From positions 32,001 through 96,000 of the IMG/VR virus record IMGVR_UViG_3300048930_000192: a stretch of DNA of 64,000 bases; one strand, given 5' to 3'. Below, one piece after another: positions 11,390-21,568 of the stretch. The translations under genes and the position numbers were made by a program. This DNA is from a virus. Below the pieces are notes generated by a model. The model saw only the letters and a program-made list of their open reading frames with translations, did not search any database and was not told where the DNA came from. The number at the start of each line of letters is the position of its first letter. The stretch's first letter is position 1.

Positions 11390-11726
11390 AAGGCTTCCTT
11401 ATTTGGTCGTCTATTTCCTTCAATTTCTTTTCTAGTTCAGATACTTTATTTTCAAAGTATTCTGGTATTTCCTTGATTGTGTCTATACCAGACTGAATTC
11501 CCTTTTCGTAGAAATCTATTCTATTTTCAATTTGTGTTTCGATGCCAGTTTTTAGTGCAGACAATTGACCTTCTAAATTCTCAATTGCGTCATCTATTTC
11601 TTGCTTTCTTGCTTCCAAATTAAACAAATCCCGGATCTCTTTTTCAAAATCTTTGAGCTGCTTCTTTATTTGACATGGCGACAGGCTACCCAGCGTTGTT
11701 AAATCATCTGGCATTTTAGGCTCCAA
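11379..11726 (-). CDS. Hypothetical coiled-coil protein
   Basis: E/K-rich heptad pattern; overlaps neighbours. Confidence 0.55.
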   Translation of the reverse strand: MEPKMPDDLTTLGSLSPCQIKKQLKDFEKEIRDLFNLEARKQEIDDAIENLEGQLSALKTGIETQIENRIDFYEKGIQSGIDTIKEIPEYFENKVSELEKKLKEIDDQIRKPCDE

Positions 11727-12864
11727 ACAATCTCTTTAGTACCGATTGAATTTTAGATGATATTGCAGCACTCTTATCTTCTGCGGATTTAATAGAAGGC
11801 AATTTATTTATTGTGTTAGATATAGATTTTGACAGTCTTGTTAACTTTGTCATTTCAGAAAATAATCTGTTGTAGATAGCATAATCTAAACTCGGCGAAT
11901 CGTCTACTATTCCAGGAACATCAGATGGCTTGGGCGTCGCGGGATTCAAATCTATTCTTTTTGCTGTTAGTATCATATTACCTTCACATGATATAGTATG
12001 AGATCCTTTTGTTTTTTGTATAACATTTCCCAAAGTCTCTGTAACGCTATTACCATAAACTAATATGTTTGCATTGCCCTGAATCTCTATGTTTAGATTG
12101 TTTCCCGTTTTTAGATTGTAGTTGTTAGTTATATTCTCTGTTTTGGGGCCTTTGATTAGCACCCTACTACCATCAGAAATAATTTCATAGTTCGAACCAA
12201 CTATTCTTTGAACTTTAGAACCATCAGGCTGATATTCATCAAATGATCCTGACTTATGATACCTAAGCAGTCTTTCATAATTTAAGGTATCGTCAACTTC
12301 AAATATATGGCCAGATTCCGTCTCTGTTACTTTATTGTGCGGGTACTGAGAACCATACGGTACAGTTGGTTCGTCCCACAAGTCATTGTTTAATGCACCA
12401 AGAACATTTCTTTGTCTGCTATCGTTTCTGGCTTTAACTACGGTTTCATCTATCTTTTCATTTCTAGCTAGACGACTAACCTCGCTTTCACCAATAACAT
12501 CTGATGTTGGATAATAGCTATTTGGATCTGAGAAACCTCTAGAATAGTTTGGTCTTTCTGTGGGTCTACCGATGATAGATCCCATGACAATTGGTTGCTG
12601 GGCGTAATCGCTATCTTTGAAGAACCCCACAACCCAAGATCCGGGTAATAATCCAGATGGTGTAGTACCTATAGAGTTAACACCGGCAGTTGTAATTGGC
12701 ATTATACACTGTGCCCAAGGTAAATCTTCTGTTGGCAACATAGATTTATCGTCTGTGTGATAACCAAATACTCGGACCCTGACTCTGCCAGACTTCATAG
12801 GGTCGTCTACGTCTTCGACTACACCTTCCCACCATTTCAGAACATCGCCGAATATATTGCTCAT
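11716..12864 (-). CDS. gp5: Baseplate central spike gp5 (OB fold + beta-helix, no lysozyme domain)
   Basis: WWEGVVEDVDDPMKSGRVRVRVFGYH, LPWA, GSWVVGFF, YPHNKVTETESGHIFEVDDT. Confidence 0.92.
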   Translation of the reverse strand: MSNIFGDVLKWWEGVVEDVDDPMKSGRVRVRVFGYHTDDKSMLPTEDLPWAQCIMPITTAGVNSIGTTPSGLLPGSWVVGFFKDSDYAQQPIVMGSIIGRPTERPNYSRGFSDPNSYYPTSDVIGESEVSRLARNEKIDETVVKARNDSRQRNVLGALNNDLWDEPTVPYGSQYPHNKVTETESGHIFEVDDTLNYERLLRYHKSGSFDEYQPDGSKVQRIVGSNYEIISDGSRVLIKGPKTENITNNYNLKTGNNLNIEIQGNANILVYGNSVTETLGNVIQKTKGSHTISCEGNMILTAKRIDLNPATPKPSDVPGIVDDSPSLDYAIYNRLFSEMTKLTRLSKSISNTINKLPSIKSAEDKSAAISSKIQSVLKRLFGA

Positions 12865-14126
12865 GTTATTTTTCCGTCTGGGTATCGTGTGGCCATACTA
12901 TCTTTGACAAGCAAGAGGTCTGTATTATAGTTGTCTCTTGTTATATTATGAGTTATTCTTGAAACACAATATACACCAGAAATATATTGATCGTTCATTT
13001 CTTCTGTTGGTAGATTAGTCGGGGCATTAGTCATTATGTTAAGGTATACGTTAGCACCCAATCTTATATTGGTATCGCCAAAAGTATTTATTGCAACTTT
13101 AAACGAATCAAATGAGTTTATACTACTTTGGCGTCTTTGTACAAAGTCCTGAAGTCGGTCATTATATTGAGAATTGTCATAACTATAGCTAGTATTTGGT
13201 ACGGTCTTCGCATAACTATCATATTTTGAACAAAGACTTTCGTTAAATACTGGCAATATACCATATTTGTTTATGTGATAATAGTTATAAAAGTCTTTAT
13301 TATAAGAATAGTTTAGTACTTTATATGACTTGTCGAAACTATCTATGAACGTAGATCCAGAGGAAAATACACCGTTAGTTATATTTTTAACAGCATCAGA
13401 AGATTCATAGATCTCGATTTCTCTAATACGAGAATATTCTATTTCCGAATTTGCCAAGAAAGATCCTGGCGCACTTGGTTGAAACTGCGAATACTTTCTT
13501 ACTGGCAACTTAGTGGTATCAAAGAAGGGTCTAAAATTATAACTATTGTCGATACCCTCAAAAAACACAAAGTTGGTATTACCAAACATATCATAGGATT
13601 TTTCTGATAATTGAGTTATACACGTAGATGGTTGTAGATACGGTAAAGCAAAGTTCTTTTTAACATTTGTTTTCCATATATTAAACTTGTAGCTCTTATC
13701 GTAATATGTTTGGCATATATCGTATATAATGTCATCGATTGTCGAAAAATAAGACTTGCTAAACTTGTGTTGCAAGTCATTAAACATATTGCAGCTGATT
13801 AACTCAAGATTATAGTTTATTGATTTTTCGTCGCCAACTCTACGAGAAATACGTCCCACGTTAAATTTGAATGATATCCTTGTTCTTGTTGGTGTAGAAA
13901 ACGTGATTTGAACTATTTCGTTGCCGATAATAGGTAAGTGTCTTGCAAGATTCAAAGAATCTGCAAGAGTTAAAGACCCCTGTACAAATAAGTCTATCAT
14001 ACTTTCGCGTATTTCAAGACTCAATAGATATGGCCGCAAATCAAGGACCATCTTATTATACGAAATAATAGAAACGTCCTCTAATTCAATTTGACCCGGA
14101 TATTGTAATGTGGGTTTATTGCTCAT
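12861..14126 (-). CDS. Baseplate hub protein, gp27-like
   Basis: Between gp53 and gp5; LPIIGNE, FVFFE, SGVYCVSRITH pattern. Confidence 0.65.
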   Translation of the reverse strand: MSNKPTLQYPGQIELEDVSIISYNKMVLDLRPYLLSLEIRESMIDLFVQGSLTLADSLNLARHLPIIGNEIVQITFSTPTRTRISFKFNVGRISRRVGDEKSINYNLELISCNMFNDLQHKFSKSYFSTIDDIIYDICQTYYDKSYKFNIWKTNVKKNFALPYLQPSTCITQLSEKSYDMFGNTNFVFFEGIDNSYNFRPFFDTTKLPVRKYSQFQPSAPGSFLANSEIEYSRIREIEIYESSDAVKNITNGVFSSGSTFIDSFDKSYKVLNYSYNKDFYNYYHINKYGILPVFNESLCSKYDSYAKTVPNTSYSYDNSQYNDRLQDFVQRRQSSINSFDSFKVAINTFGDTNIRLGANVYLNIMTNAPTNLPTEEMNDQYISGVYCVSRITHNITRDNYNTDLLLVKDSMATRYPDGKIT

Positions 14127-14946
14127 TTAAAATGTTATTTAAACTTTCATTTACAAGAGATAGATATTCTGGCCTTAAAATATAAATCTTTCGTTTAAGA
14201 TCGTTGATATTTTCTTCGTGTTCTCTGTTTGGTACAGAATACAAATCTCCACCATCTATGTAGTTGGATAGTGGAAACTGTGTGGTGTTTATATCATTGC
14301 CAATTAAGCCTTCATATGGATCCATTGTATAACCATCGTTGTCTTGGAAATGATGTAATGCATATGTATTATCAAACACTATTCTACCGACATTCATTCT
14401 AAATTCTATACCATCTTTGTTTGTGGATACCAAGTAGCCGCCAAGTTCTGTTTGAGGTACTGTTTCGCATATTACACAGTTATAATTCTTATCGGTGCTA
14501 AGTATGATAGATTCCCATTGCTCAATGCCATTTAACATATACTTTACAGTATTACCATTAACAAACCAACCATTCTTGATTGATAGTCTAGTAACACCGT
14601 CTGCATTTAATAGAATGTTAGAATTTAAAGCCATATAAATGGCAGAACCTTGGTATTTACTTTGTATCAATCCCTCTATCTCACCCCTGTTAAGTGGCCA
14701 TTGAAAGTATGGGTTAAATATATTATTGAAGATTAATATGACCCAATACAGAGTTGGATCACCATATACTTTATTAGCTATACTTTCCGGCTTATCGCTA
14801 TCTTTTACCAAATATTCTGTAAAAAGTTGGCCTCTATTTTTTGTATAGTGATCCGTGAACTTTACATTCCTCATAATATTAGCAACCAATTTAGTATTAT
14901 TCTGATCGTCGTATCTGTAGTTGGTTACCGGAAAGTTCTTAAACAT
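14116..14946 (-). CDS. gp53: Baseplate wedge subunit gp53
   Basis: DKPESIANKVYGDPTLYWVILIFNNIFNPYFQWP LysM-like motif; C-terminal EENINDLKRKIYILRPEY. Confidence 0.9.
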   Translation of the reverse strand: MFKNFPVTNYRYDDQNNTKLVANIMRNVKFTDHYTKNRGQLFTEYLVKDSDKPESIANKVYGDPTLYWVILIFNNIFNPYFQWPLNRGEIEGLIQSKYQGSAIYMALNSNILLNADGVTRLSIKNGWFVNGNTVKYMLNGIEQWESIILSTDKNYNCVICETVPQTELGGYLVSTNKDGIEFRMNVGRIVFDNTYALHHFQDNDGYTMDPYEGLIGNDINTTQFPLSNYIDGGDLYSVPNREHEENINDLKRKIYILRPEYLSLVNESLNNILNEQ

Positions 14947-16292
14947 TAATATCCCCCCTCGGTGAACAAATCGGCTGCTTTGCTATTGATGTCGAAGTCT
15001 TCGGCAAATAGCAGTTCAAGTTCTGTTAAAGATATTGATAGTTCTAGACCTATTGGCGATCGATAATTTTCATTGCCATTTATAGTTATTGATTCGTTAA
15101 ATAGAACCAAACTATTGCTGTCTGTATAATTTACTTTGATTGATGTAATAACACATGGCTTTATTCTATTGATATATAAATTTTCTACTATTTTATTACC
15201 GTTGAGATATAGATGCTTTAAAGTGAATATCTTGGGATATCTAATATAGAATTTATCTAAAGAAGACGTGCCGCCAGAACTATCTTGATGGAGCAATGCA
15301 CTGGGGTGGGAATATTTCTTGAGGTTATAGATAATGTTATAAATCTCGGTTGCTTCTTTAGAAGATTTTGCGTACATCTTCCATGTAAAATTAAACTTTC
15401 GACGATCTATGCCTTCGAACGTATATTCGACCATGGGGATTGGTATGGTTCTAGATTGAAATCTAATATAACCTTCAACGTCTGGTGTACCAGAAAGTAT
15501 GCTATCACTTACACCAGATGTAGTAGCAAGTATACTAGAAACGATGCCGTTTATAAGAGATGCAGTACCTTGTTTAATTATATAATTGGGAACTCCGACT
15601 GTGCCGGACATGGCAGAATTTATAACTTCTGCTGCCTTTCTAGCTGATCCAACACCCTCGTTATCAGAATAATTTAGCGAATAGTTTGATTCTAGATTTG
15701 GTGGTGCTGGTAGCCGCATTTTAACGAGCGGTGTGAGTTTCTTATTTCTAAGTCTAGTATTTTCCATGAGCACAGGTAATGTGATAAGTACCTGAGTACC
15801 GGCACTCACAAGAGCTTGGCTTGCTACACTTGCAGCGAAATTAAGAGCATACACCGACTTCGCAGCATAACTCTCTGCATTTTTGAAATTTTCTGCGGCA
15901 ACCAATGTATCTGGGCTTGAAGTATTTGTATTGGAATTGATTTGATTGTACAAACTTTCAAACCCGGCTTCATTGACATCATATGCTGTTATTTCTACAA
16001 ATGGAAACCTCGATAAATCGTCTTGAAAGTGGAGTTCATTTGGAAACGAATACAGATTTGTATTTGTGCTTGGTGATAGCTTTTCTAGTACAGGATCAAT
16101 ACTAACTGCACCATTTTGTATTGGGCTATATTTACCGAGATTGTTGTCGTATAAAACAGAATCTCTATTAAAGTCTTCTGGTATGTCGGGTGTAGGTGTT
16201 ACTGAAACCGAGTTCAGATTTATACTTTTCTTTGAGGTTACACCTGGTATGGGTGATGTTCCAACTGGTAAGTTGATGGGTTGAAAGCTCAT
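14946..16292 (-). CDS. gp48: Baseplate tail-tube cap gp48-like
   Basis: FEGIDRRKFNFTWKMYAKSSKEA, CVITSIKVNY, LSISLTELE. Confidence 0.8.
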   Translation of the reverse strand: MSFQPINLPVGTSPIPGVTSKKSINLNSVSVTPTPDIPEDFNRDSVLYDNNLGKYSPIQNGAVSIDPVLEKLSPSTNTNLYSFPNELHFQDDLSRFPFVEITAYDVNEAGFESLYNQINSNTNTSSPDTLVAAENFKNAESYAAKSVYALNFAASVASQALVSAGTQVLITLPVLMENTRLRNKKLTPLVKMRLPAPPNLESNYSLNYSDNEGVGSARKAAEVINSAMSGTVGVPNYIIKQGTASLINGIVSSILATTSGVSDSILSGTPDVEGYIRFQSRTIPIPMVEYTFEGIDRRKFNFTWKMYAKSSKEATEIYNIIYNLKKYSHPSALLHQDSSGGTSSLDKFYIRYPKIFTLKHLYLNGNKIVENLYINRIKPCVITSIKVNYTDSNSLVLFNESITINGNENYRSPIGLELSISLTELELLFAEDFDINSKAADLFTEGGY

Positions 16293-16298
16293 ATAACT

Positions 16299-16323
16299 TA
16301 TTTATAATATTCGGAGATAAATA
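16299..16323. promoter_or_regulatory. Divergent T4-type late promoters (TATAAATA on -, 16299-16306; GATAAATA on +, 16316-16323)
   Basis: Between divergently transcribed gp48 and gp4. Confidence 0.75.
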
Positions 16324-16332
16324 CTTTAATAG

Positions 16333-16794
16333 ATGAGTAATAACAAATCCTATAGTGGCCTTTATACTATACGCAATCCTTCGAAGTACCGTGGTGATCC
16401 GAATAATATTCGGTGGCGATCACTTTGGGAACGCAAGTTGTGCGAATATTTTGACTTCAATCCGAGCATTATATCATGGAGTCTGGAACCATTTCCTATA
16501 CCATATCTGAATCCACTCGATCGCAAATACCACAGATATTTCGTAGATTTCTGGGTGAAAATCAAAGACAAAAATGGTGTAATATCAGAAAGACTAATCG
16601 AAGTTAAACCATACTATCAAACAGTAGAGCCAAAGAAGCCAGATAAGATTAATAAGAAATATGCGTATGACATGCAAAATTGGATCATAAACAATAGTAA
16701 ATGGGAAGCTGCAAAGAAGCTCTGTGAGCAGAAAGACTGGAAATTTACGGTTATCACAGAAAAGACTATATTCGGAAAGAAAAATGATCAATAA
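16333..16794 (+). CDS. gp4: Head completion nuclease gp4 (TnsA-like)
   Basis: NPSKYRGD, RSLWERK, HRYFVDF, LIEVKP, KWEAA, FTVITE. Confidence 0.92.
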   Translation: MSNNKSYSGLYTIRNPSKYRGDPNNIRWRSLWERKLCEYFDFNPSIISWSLEPFPIPYLNPLDRKYHRYFVDFWVKIKDKNGVISERLIEVKPYYQTVEPKKPDKINKKYAYDMQNWIINNSKWEAAKKLCEQKDWKFTVITEKTIFGKKNDQ

Positions 16795-17353
16795 AATAGT
16801 CGATAACCTTAGAAAGAGAGTATCGAGGGCAGATCAAACTGACCTTGCCAGCTATCGATCTTTGATGTGGTATTATAGTGAAGTTAAGCAAATAAGAACC
16901 ACGAATAATAGAGCAAAATCTTCGCCGATACCAGAACCCGGTAGAATGTTTCTGATGGAATATTCACCAAAGACTGCTCAAGACCTAGAATATTATGATG
17001 CGTATCCGTTAATATTCATTATAGATTTTACGAAAGACGGGTTTCTTGGTTTAAATTTGCACTATTTGCCGAGAATGGAAAGATCTCAATTGCTTGCTGC
17101 TTTGATAAATCTCGGCAAGAACAAGGCAGAAGATAAGATACGGCTAAGTTATCAGCTAATTAAGTCTTTTTCTAGATCTAAACACGCATCAGTTTGCATA
17201 AAGAGATACATTTCAACCAACATCAGTAACATGATACCAATATCATCTGACAGTTGGATAACAGTAAGTGGGTTACCCGTAGAGAACTTTAAGAAGAAGA
17301 ATAAAGATAGAGTTTGGTCAGAAAGTATACGAAAGTTAAATAGAAAGAACTAA
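16784..17353 (+). CDS. gp2: DNA end protector gp2
   Basis: YYDAYPLI, GFLGLNLHYLP, CIKRY; likely start ATG 16784. Confidence 0.9.
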   Translation: MINKIVDNLRKRVSRADQTDLASYRSLMWYYSEVKQIRTTNNRAKSSPIPEPGRMFLMEYSPKTAQDLEYYDAYPLIFIIDFTKDGFLGLNLHYLPRMERSQLLAALINLGKNKAEDKIRLSYQLIKSFSRSKHASVCIKRYISTNISNMIPISSDSWITVSGLPVENFKKKNKDRVWSESIRKLNRKN

Positions 17354-18397
17354 ATGGCGAATAATAATCCAAAATCTATGATTCAAGATATTGTTAGCCA
17401 TGCGTCTAGTTATGGCTTTCAAAGAAGTAACAGGTTTGTTGTATTCATAAGTGGACCTAAATTTCCTCAAGGTACAGACTATGCAACGCATGTTAAGCGG
17501 TTGGCATTAACATGCAACTCAACTACGTTTCCTGGCCGCAGAATTGGTACACAGGACTTTACTGTTTATAACGTACCAACAAGAATGCCCAATAGAGAAA
17601 TATTCTCTCAAGAATTAAACCTACAATTTCTATGCAGTACAGATATGTACGAGGCTATGTATTTTAAGTATTGGCAAGACCAAGTTATGGATCCCTTGAC
17701 TAATAGCGCAAATTTTTATAATAATTACGCTAAACCATTTAATGTTACTATCATATCTATTCCTAATAGTATTAATGATTATAGCCAGCTAGCAGGTATA
17801 TTTCTAGACAATCCAGAATCTCATCCAAATAGGTCGTATGTGCCTGCGTCCGGCCTAAGAAACACAGACACAGAACAAAGTATCTATTATAGAAAATGCT
17901 TAGAATGTTATCCGGTAGAAATAGTTGCAAACGAGATGGGCACTGTGCCTGGCAATACAGTAATGACTATAAATGTTAGAATGGCATTTAAGAAATGGGT
18001 TGATCCGATAGAGTTGTGGTATAAACAATATTATGAAACATCTCGTAGAGCTGCCATAGAGTTCGATAAATCTTCCGAGAATACATGGGAACAAAATAGA
18101 ATAATTAACAATTACACAGTAACACAAACACAATATGTAGAACCAGTTGATCCGCCATGGGTAAGATTTAGAAAGTTTGCCAGAGATGTTGTACGTATTT
18201 CTGATCCAAAAGAGTTTAGAAGAGTTGCAGTTGACCAAGCAGCAGACATATTGGGATCTACGTTTGGTTTAGAAAACGTCGAAAACGCAGCCGGTGCTGG
18301 TCAAGTTATAGATGTTTATCGCAGAAACCCAGGTTCAGGATACGGAGACCTAAGAGACAGATTGCTGGGTCCAATCACAAATATCGGATTAGGATAA
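17354..18397 (+). CDS. Tail tube initiator gp54 / gp19-like
   Basis: RSNRFVV, TTFPGR, FKYWQD, ECYPVEI tube-family motifs. Confidence 0.7.
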   Translation: MANNNPKSMIQDIVSHASSYGFQRSNRFVVFISGPKFPQGTDYATHVKRLALTCNSTTFPGRRIGTQDFTVYNVPTRMPNREIFSQELNLQFLCSTDMYEAMYFKYWQDQVMDPLTNSANFYNNYAKPFNVTIISIPNSINDYSQLAGIFLDNPESHPNRSYVPASGLRNTDTEQSIYYRKCLECYPVEIVANEMGTVPGNTVMTINVRMAFKKWVDPIELWYKQYYETSRRAAIEFDKSSENTWEQNRIINNYTVTQTQYVEPVDPPWVRFRKFARDVVRISDPKEFRRVAVDQAADILGSTFGLENVENAAGAGQVIDVYRRNPGSGYGDLRDRLLGPITNIGLG

Positions 18398-18409
18398 TAG
18401 GAGTATATT

Positions 18410-19111
18410 ATGTCGTTACCAAAGATCGCAGTTCCAACTTACACACTAACTCTACCTTCTAGTGGAAAAAAGATAAACTATAGGCCATATCTAGTCAAAG
18501 AACAGAAGATTCTATTAATGGCTTCTATACCCGGCGCCACATTTGAAGATGTTTATAATGCTATTAAACAGATAGCAGTAAATTGTACTTTTGGTGAGAT
18601 AGATATCGAAAGTATACCGTTGTTCGACTTCGAGTATATTTTCTTGAATATCAGAGCAAAGAGTGTCGGTGAAATAATCACACCTTCTATCAAGTGCGAC
18701 AAGTGCGACAAAGACGTGCAGGTAACTATTAACTTGGGTGATATTAAAGTTACCAAACTAACAGATAGAACTATTAAATTATCTGAAAATATTGGTATAG
18801 TATTAAATTATCCGTCATTTAGTATATCTAAGATAGAAGCAAAGCCAGACGGTAGCCCAGATGACGACTATCGAGCAATATATAATTGCGTAGATTACGT
18901 CTACGAGGGTAGTCAGGTATTTACTAAGAAGGACTTCACATACGAAGAATTTGTTTCATCTTTTATAGAATTGCTAAGTGATACCGATTATCAGAAGATA
19001 TCAGATTTCTTTATTAACATGCCAAGAATATATCTAGAAACCGAAATGAAATGTAAGTGTGGGCAAACAAAGAAGATAGAAATATCGGGGATACAAGATT
19101 TTTTATACTAA
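18410..19111 (+). CDS. gp26: Baseplate hub assembly protein gp26
   Basis: LPKIAVPTYTLTLPSSGKKINYRPYLVKEQKILL, FLNIRAKSVGE. Confidence 0.9.
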   Translation: MSLPKIAVPTYTLTLPSSGKKINYRPYLVKEQKILLMASIPGATFEDVYNAIKQIAVNCTFGEIDIESIPLFDFEYIFLNIRAKSVGEIITPSIKCDKCDKDVQVTINLGDIKVTKLTDRTIKLSENIGIVLNYPSFSISKIEAKPDGSPDDDYRAIYNCVDYVYEGSQVFTKKDFTYEEFVSSFIELLSDTDYQKISDFFINMPRIYLETEMKCKCGQTKKIEISGIQDFLY

Positions 19112-19293
19112 GCTGCATACATGAAAGTTTGATGATTTATTATAAGTTAAACTTTCAATTATCGCAGCATCATAAATTTAGCTTAGAAGAACTTGAAAAT
19201 ATGATACCATGGGAACGCGAAGTATACGTTACATTATTGAATCAGCATCTGGAAGAATTAGCAGAAAAACGTAGACAAAGAGAAGCCACATGA
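19057..19293 (+). CDS. gp51: Baseplate hub assembly catalyst gp51 (start uncertain; possibly reached by -1 frameshift)
   Basis: YYKLNFQLSQHHKFSLEELENMIPWEREVY. Confidence 0.85.
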   Translation: MWANKEDRNIGDTRFFILSCIHESLMIYYKLNFQLSQHHKFSLEELENMIPWEREVYVTLLNQHLEELAEKRRQREAT

Positions 19294-21512
19294 CACCAGA
19301 GGACGAATCACGCAATCCTAAACCAGAACGTCGCCATTACGATGATGACCAATCATTTGAAATGGCGATGTGGGTGTGGAAACAGGAAGTTAAAAATGCT
19401 CGCGCATATGCTAGGTTCAATAAGAAGGTAGACGAGAAGTTTAATACAAAACCCGCATCTGATGGCGAATCTGATATTAATCCATCGGACTCATCACCCA
19501 CCCCAACAAAACAAGAACGTGTAAAAGCAAGAGCAGAAATAAAGAATGATGCGCAGCCTTCTGCTACACCAGATCCGGTTAGTCCAGCACCGACTAAAAC
19601 TACTAATAATGCCAAGATAGAAGATATAGAGCCGCAGTCTAAAAGAACAAGATCTAAAAAAAGAAGCCCTCTTGGTCCAATAAAGAGGGAACTTGCCAAT
19701 ATTTCTAAAAATGCATCTACAAGTGCAAGAAATAGTGGTGTAATACGCACACAAATATTGGGGCCAATAAACGAACGATTAGCTAATTTAGGTTCTTCTG
19801 TTCGCCATGCAACTACAAGAATAAACCAGTCAGAAAGAAACCTAGAAGAAAAAATAGGCAAGGTATCTGGTATTGTAAAAGATGTTAGATCTGAAAACGG
19901 AAAACTATTTGATCGACTAAAGAGTTTGCGCAATATTGGTAATATCTCTAGGGGTGTTGCCAAAGCCCGCAAACGAATAGAAGGTATAAATGAGCGCACA
20001 AAGAGTTTGCGCAATATTGGTAATATCTCTAGGGGTGTTGCCAAAGCCCGCAAACGAATAGAAGGTATAAATGAGCGCACAAAGATCATTAACAAGAATG
20101 TAAAGATACTTACCACTCAGCCAACTGACGTAGAACCACAACATCAGCCGGGTATAATGGAAAGGGCATGGACCGGATTAGGTACTAGACTTGGATTAGT
20201 TAAACGCGACGGCAATGCTGCACTAAAGAATGTTAGAGGTACCGGCAATAAAGCTAAGATAAAATCTCTAAATCCAAGAATGTCTAAAATTCCAGATCCA
20301 GGCGAATTGCCTAGTCAGTTGGGCATAGAAGCTAAGAATATCTATGACAGATATACTAGCCCGTGGTCTACTGGTACGAAATCCAGAATATTGGCAAATA
20401 TGGTTATGCCAGGTGTAACTGCTTTACCTGCATTGGCTAGATCTATAACCGGTACTTCTAAAGGTAGAGGCATATTTAAGAAGCGCAATAAAGGTAAACA
20501 AGATGTTTCAAATGCCGAAAAGGTAGAAATAAAACAAGACAAATCAGAGCAAACAGAAGATTTGTTAGAAAAGTTGAAGAATACTGTATTTAAGGTCAGA
20601 ATCGTAGAAGGCGACGACTCGCTTTTGCTAACTGGTAAAAAAGATAAAAAAGACGAAAATGGAGAAGATGGGTTATTAAAAACTCTTGCTAATGGGCTAT
20701 TATCTGGTAAAATGATGTCTACAATAATGAGCTATATTACAGGTCCGGCTTTGGGTGCAATTGGAACAGCTGCTCTTGCTATTGTATCATCTCCGGTTTT
20801 CTTGGCTGGTGCAGCAGTTGCAGTTGGGTACATATTGGGAAAAGTGATGGAAGATTTGGGTCTTTTGGATGCACTTTTAGATAAATTCCCCGATGCTAAG
20901 AAATTCTTAGACGACGCCGGGGCGGGATTTGAGCAAAGAGGCACATTAATAGATTATAGACACGAATCTAGAAAGGCGTTTGAAGCCGCTGCAAAAGGTG
21001 AAGATAATAACTTCAGCAAGACTAATCCTTTGGCTCAAAAAGCATTTGAAGAAGGAGAAAAATTAAAATTTAAGTATGATAAAATGCGCGAGGACGGTGT
21101 TTCCGAAAGAGAAATAAAGAAACAAATTCAATTGGATTATTATGGGTTAACCAAGAAATTAGAAGAAACTTCACCAAACTTACTTTCTCCCGAATATCCA
21201 TTAATTCAAAACAAGCCGGTTGATGTTAGTGGTCTTGGTATGTATGATAAATCTGGCATATTAAAAAATAATAATATATCGCCATCTGACGATAATAGAA
21301 TGTTCAACCCATTCTTTGGCCTGTTTAATGAAACTTCCAAGAAAATTGAGCAGGAAGAAAATACTAAACAAGAACAACCGGCAGCACCAATAAATGTCAA
21401 TAGTATAAGTAATAATGTTAGTACAAACAATTCTTCACCCACACTATTGGCGCCACAATCGATGTTCGATGCAAAACAATCTTATAGTAGATTTGGCTGG
21501 CTATACGCCTAA
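19290..21512 (+). CDS. Tape-measure / hub protein gp29-like
   Basis: 740 aa, helical/low complexity with Gly/Ala-rich hydrophobic segment, after gp26/gp51. Confidence 0.6.
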   Translation: MTPEDESRNPKPERRHYDDDQSFEMAMWVWKQEVKNARAYARFNKKVDEKFNTKPASDGESDINPSDSSPTPTKQERVKARAEIKNDAQPSATPDPVSPAPTKTTNNAKIEDIEPQSKRTRSKKRSPLGPIKRELANISKNASTSARNSGVIRTQILGPINERLANLGSSVRHATTRINQSERNLEEKIGKVSGIVKDVRSENGKLFDRLKSLRNIGNISRGVAKARKRIEGINERTKSLRNIGNISRGVAKARKRIEGINERTKIINKNVKILTTQPTDVEPQHQPGIMERAWTGLGTRLGLVKRDGNAALKNVRGTGNKAKIKSLNPRMSKIPDPGELPSQLGIEAKNIYDRYTSPWSTGTKSRILANMVMPGVTALPALARSITGTSKGRGIFKKRNKGKQDVSNAEKVEIKQDKSEQTEDLLEKLKNTVFKVRIVEGDDSLLLTGKKDKKDENGEDGLLKTLANGLLSGKMMSTIMSYITGPALGAIGTAALAIVSSPVFLAGAAVAVGYILGKVMEDLGLLDALLDKFPDAKKFLDDAGAGFEQRGTLIDYRHESRKAFEAAAKGEDNNFSKTNPLAQKAFEEGEKLKFKYDKMREDGVSEREIKKQIQLDYYGLTKKLEETSPNLLSPEYPLIQNKPVDVSGLGMYDKSGILKNNNISPSDDNRMFNPFFGLFNETSKKIEQEENTKQEQPAAPINVNSISNNVSTNNSSPTLLAPQSMFDAKQSYSRFGWLYA
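19919..20085 (+). repeat. Perfect 81-bp in-frame tandem duplication
   Basis: KSLRNIGNISRGVAKARKRIEGINERT x2, identical DNA. Confidence 0.95.
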
Positions 21513-21515
21513 AAA

Positions 21516-21544
21516 GAAACCGAGACCCATAAAGTCTCGGTTTC
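21516..21544. terminator. Bidirectional intrinsic terminator
   Basis: GAAACCGAGAC-ccataaa-GTCTCGGTTTC between convergent genes. Confidence 0.85.
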
Positions 21545-21568
21545 CATTGTATTCAGTTGTATATTAAA

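Noticed and set aside
11716-12864. gp5 lacking lysozyme as a novelty
   Set aside because: Common among non-enteric T4-like phages
19337-20116. 259-aa antisense ORF in the tape-measure-like gene
   Set aside because: Mirror of a Lys/Glu-rich sense frame; no start signals
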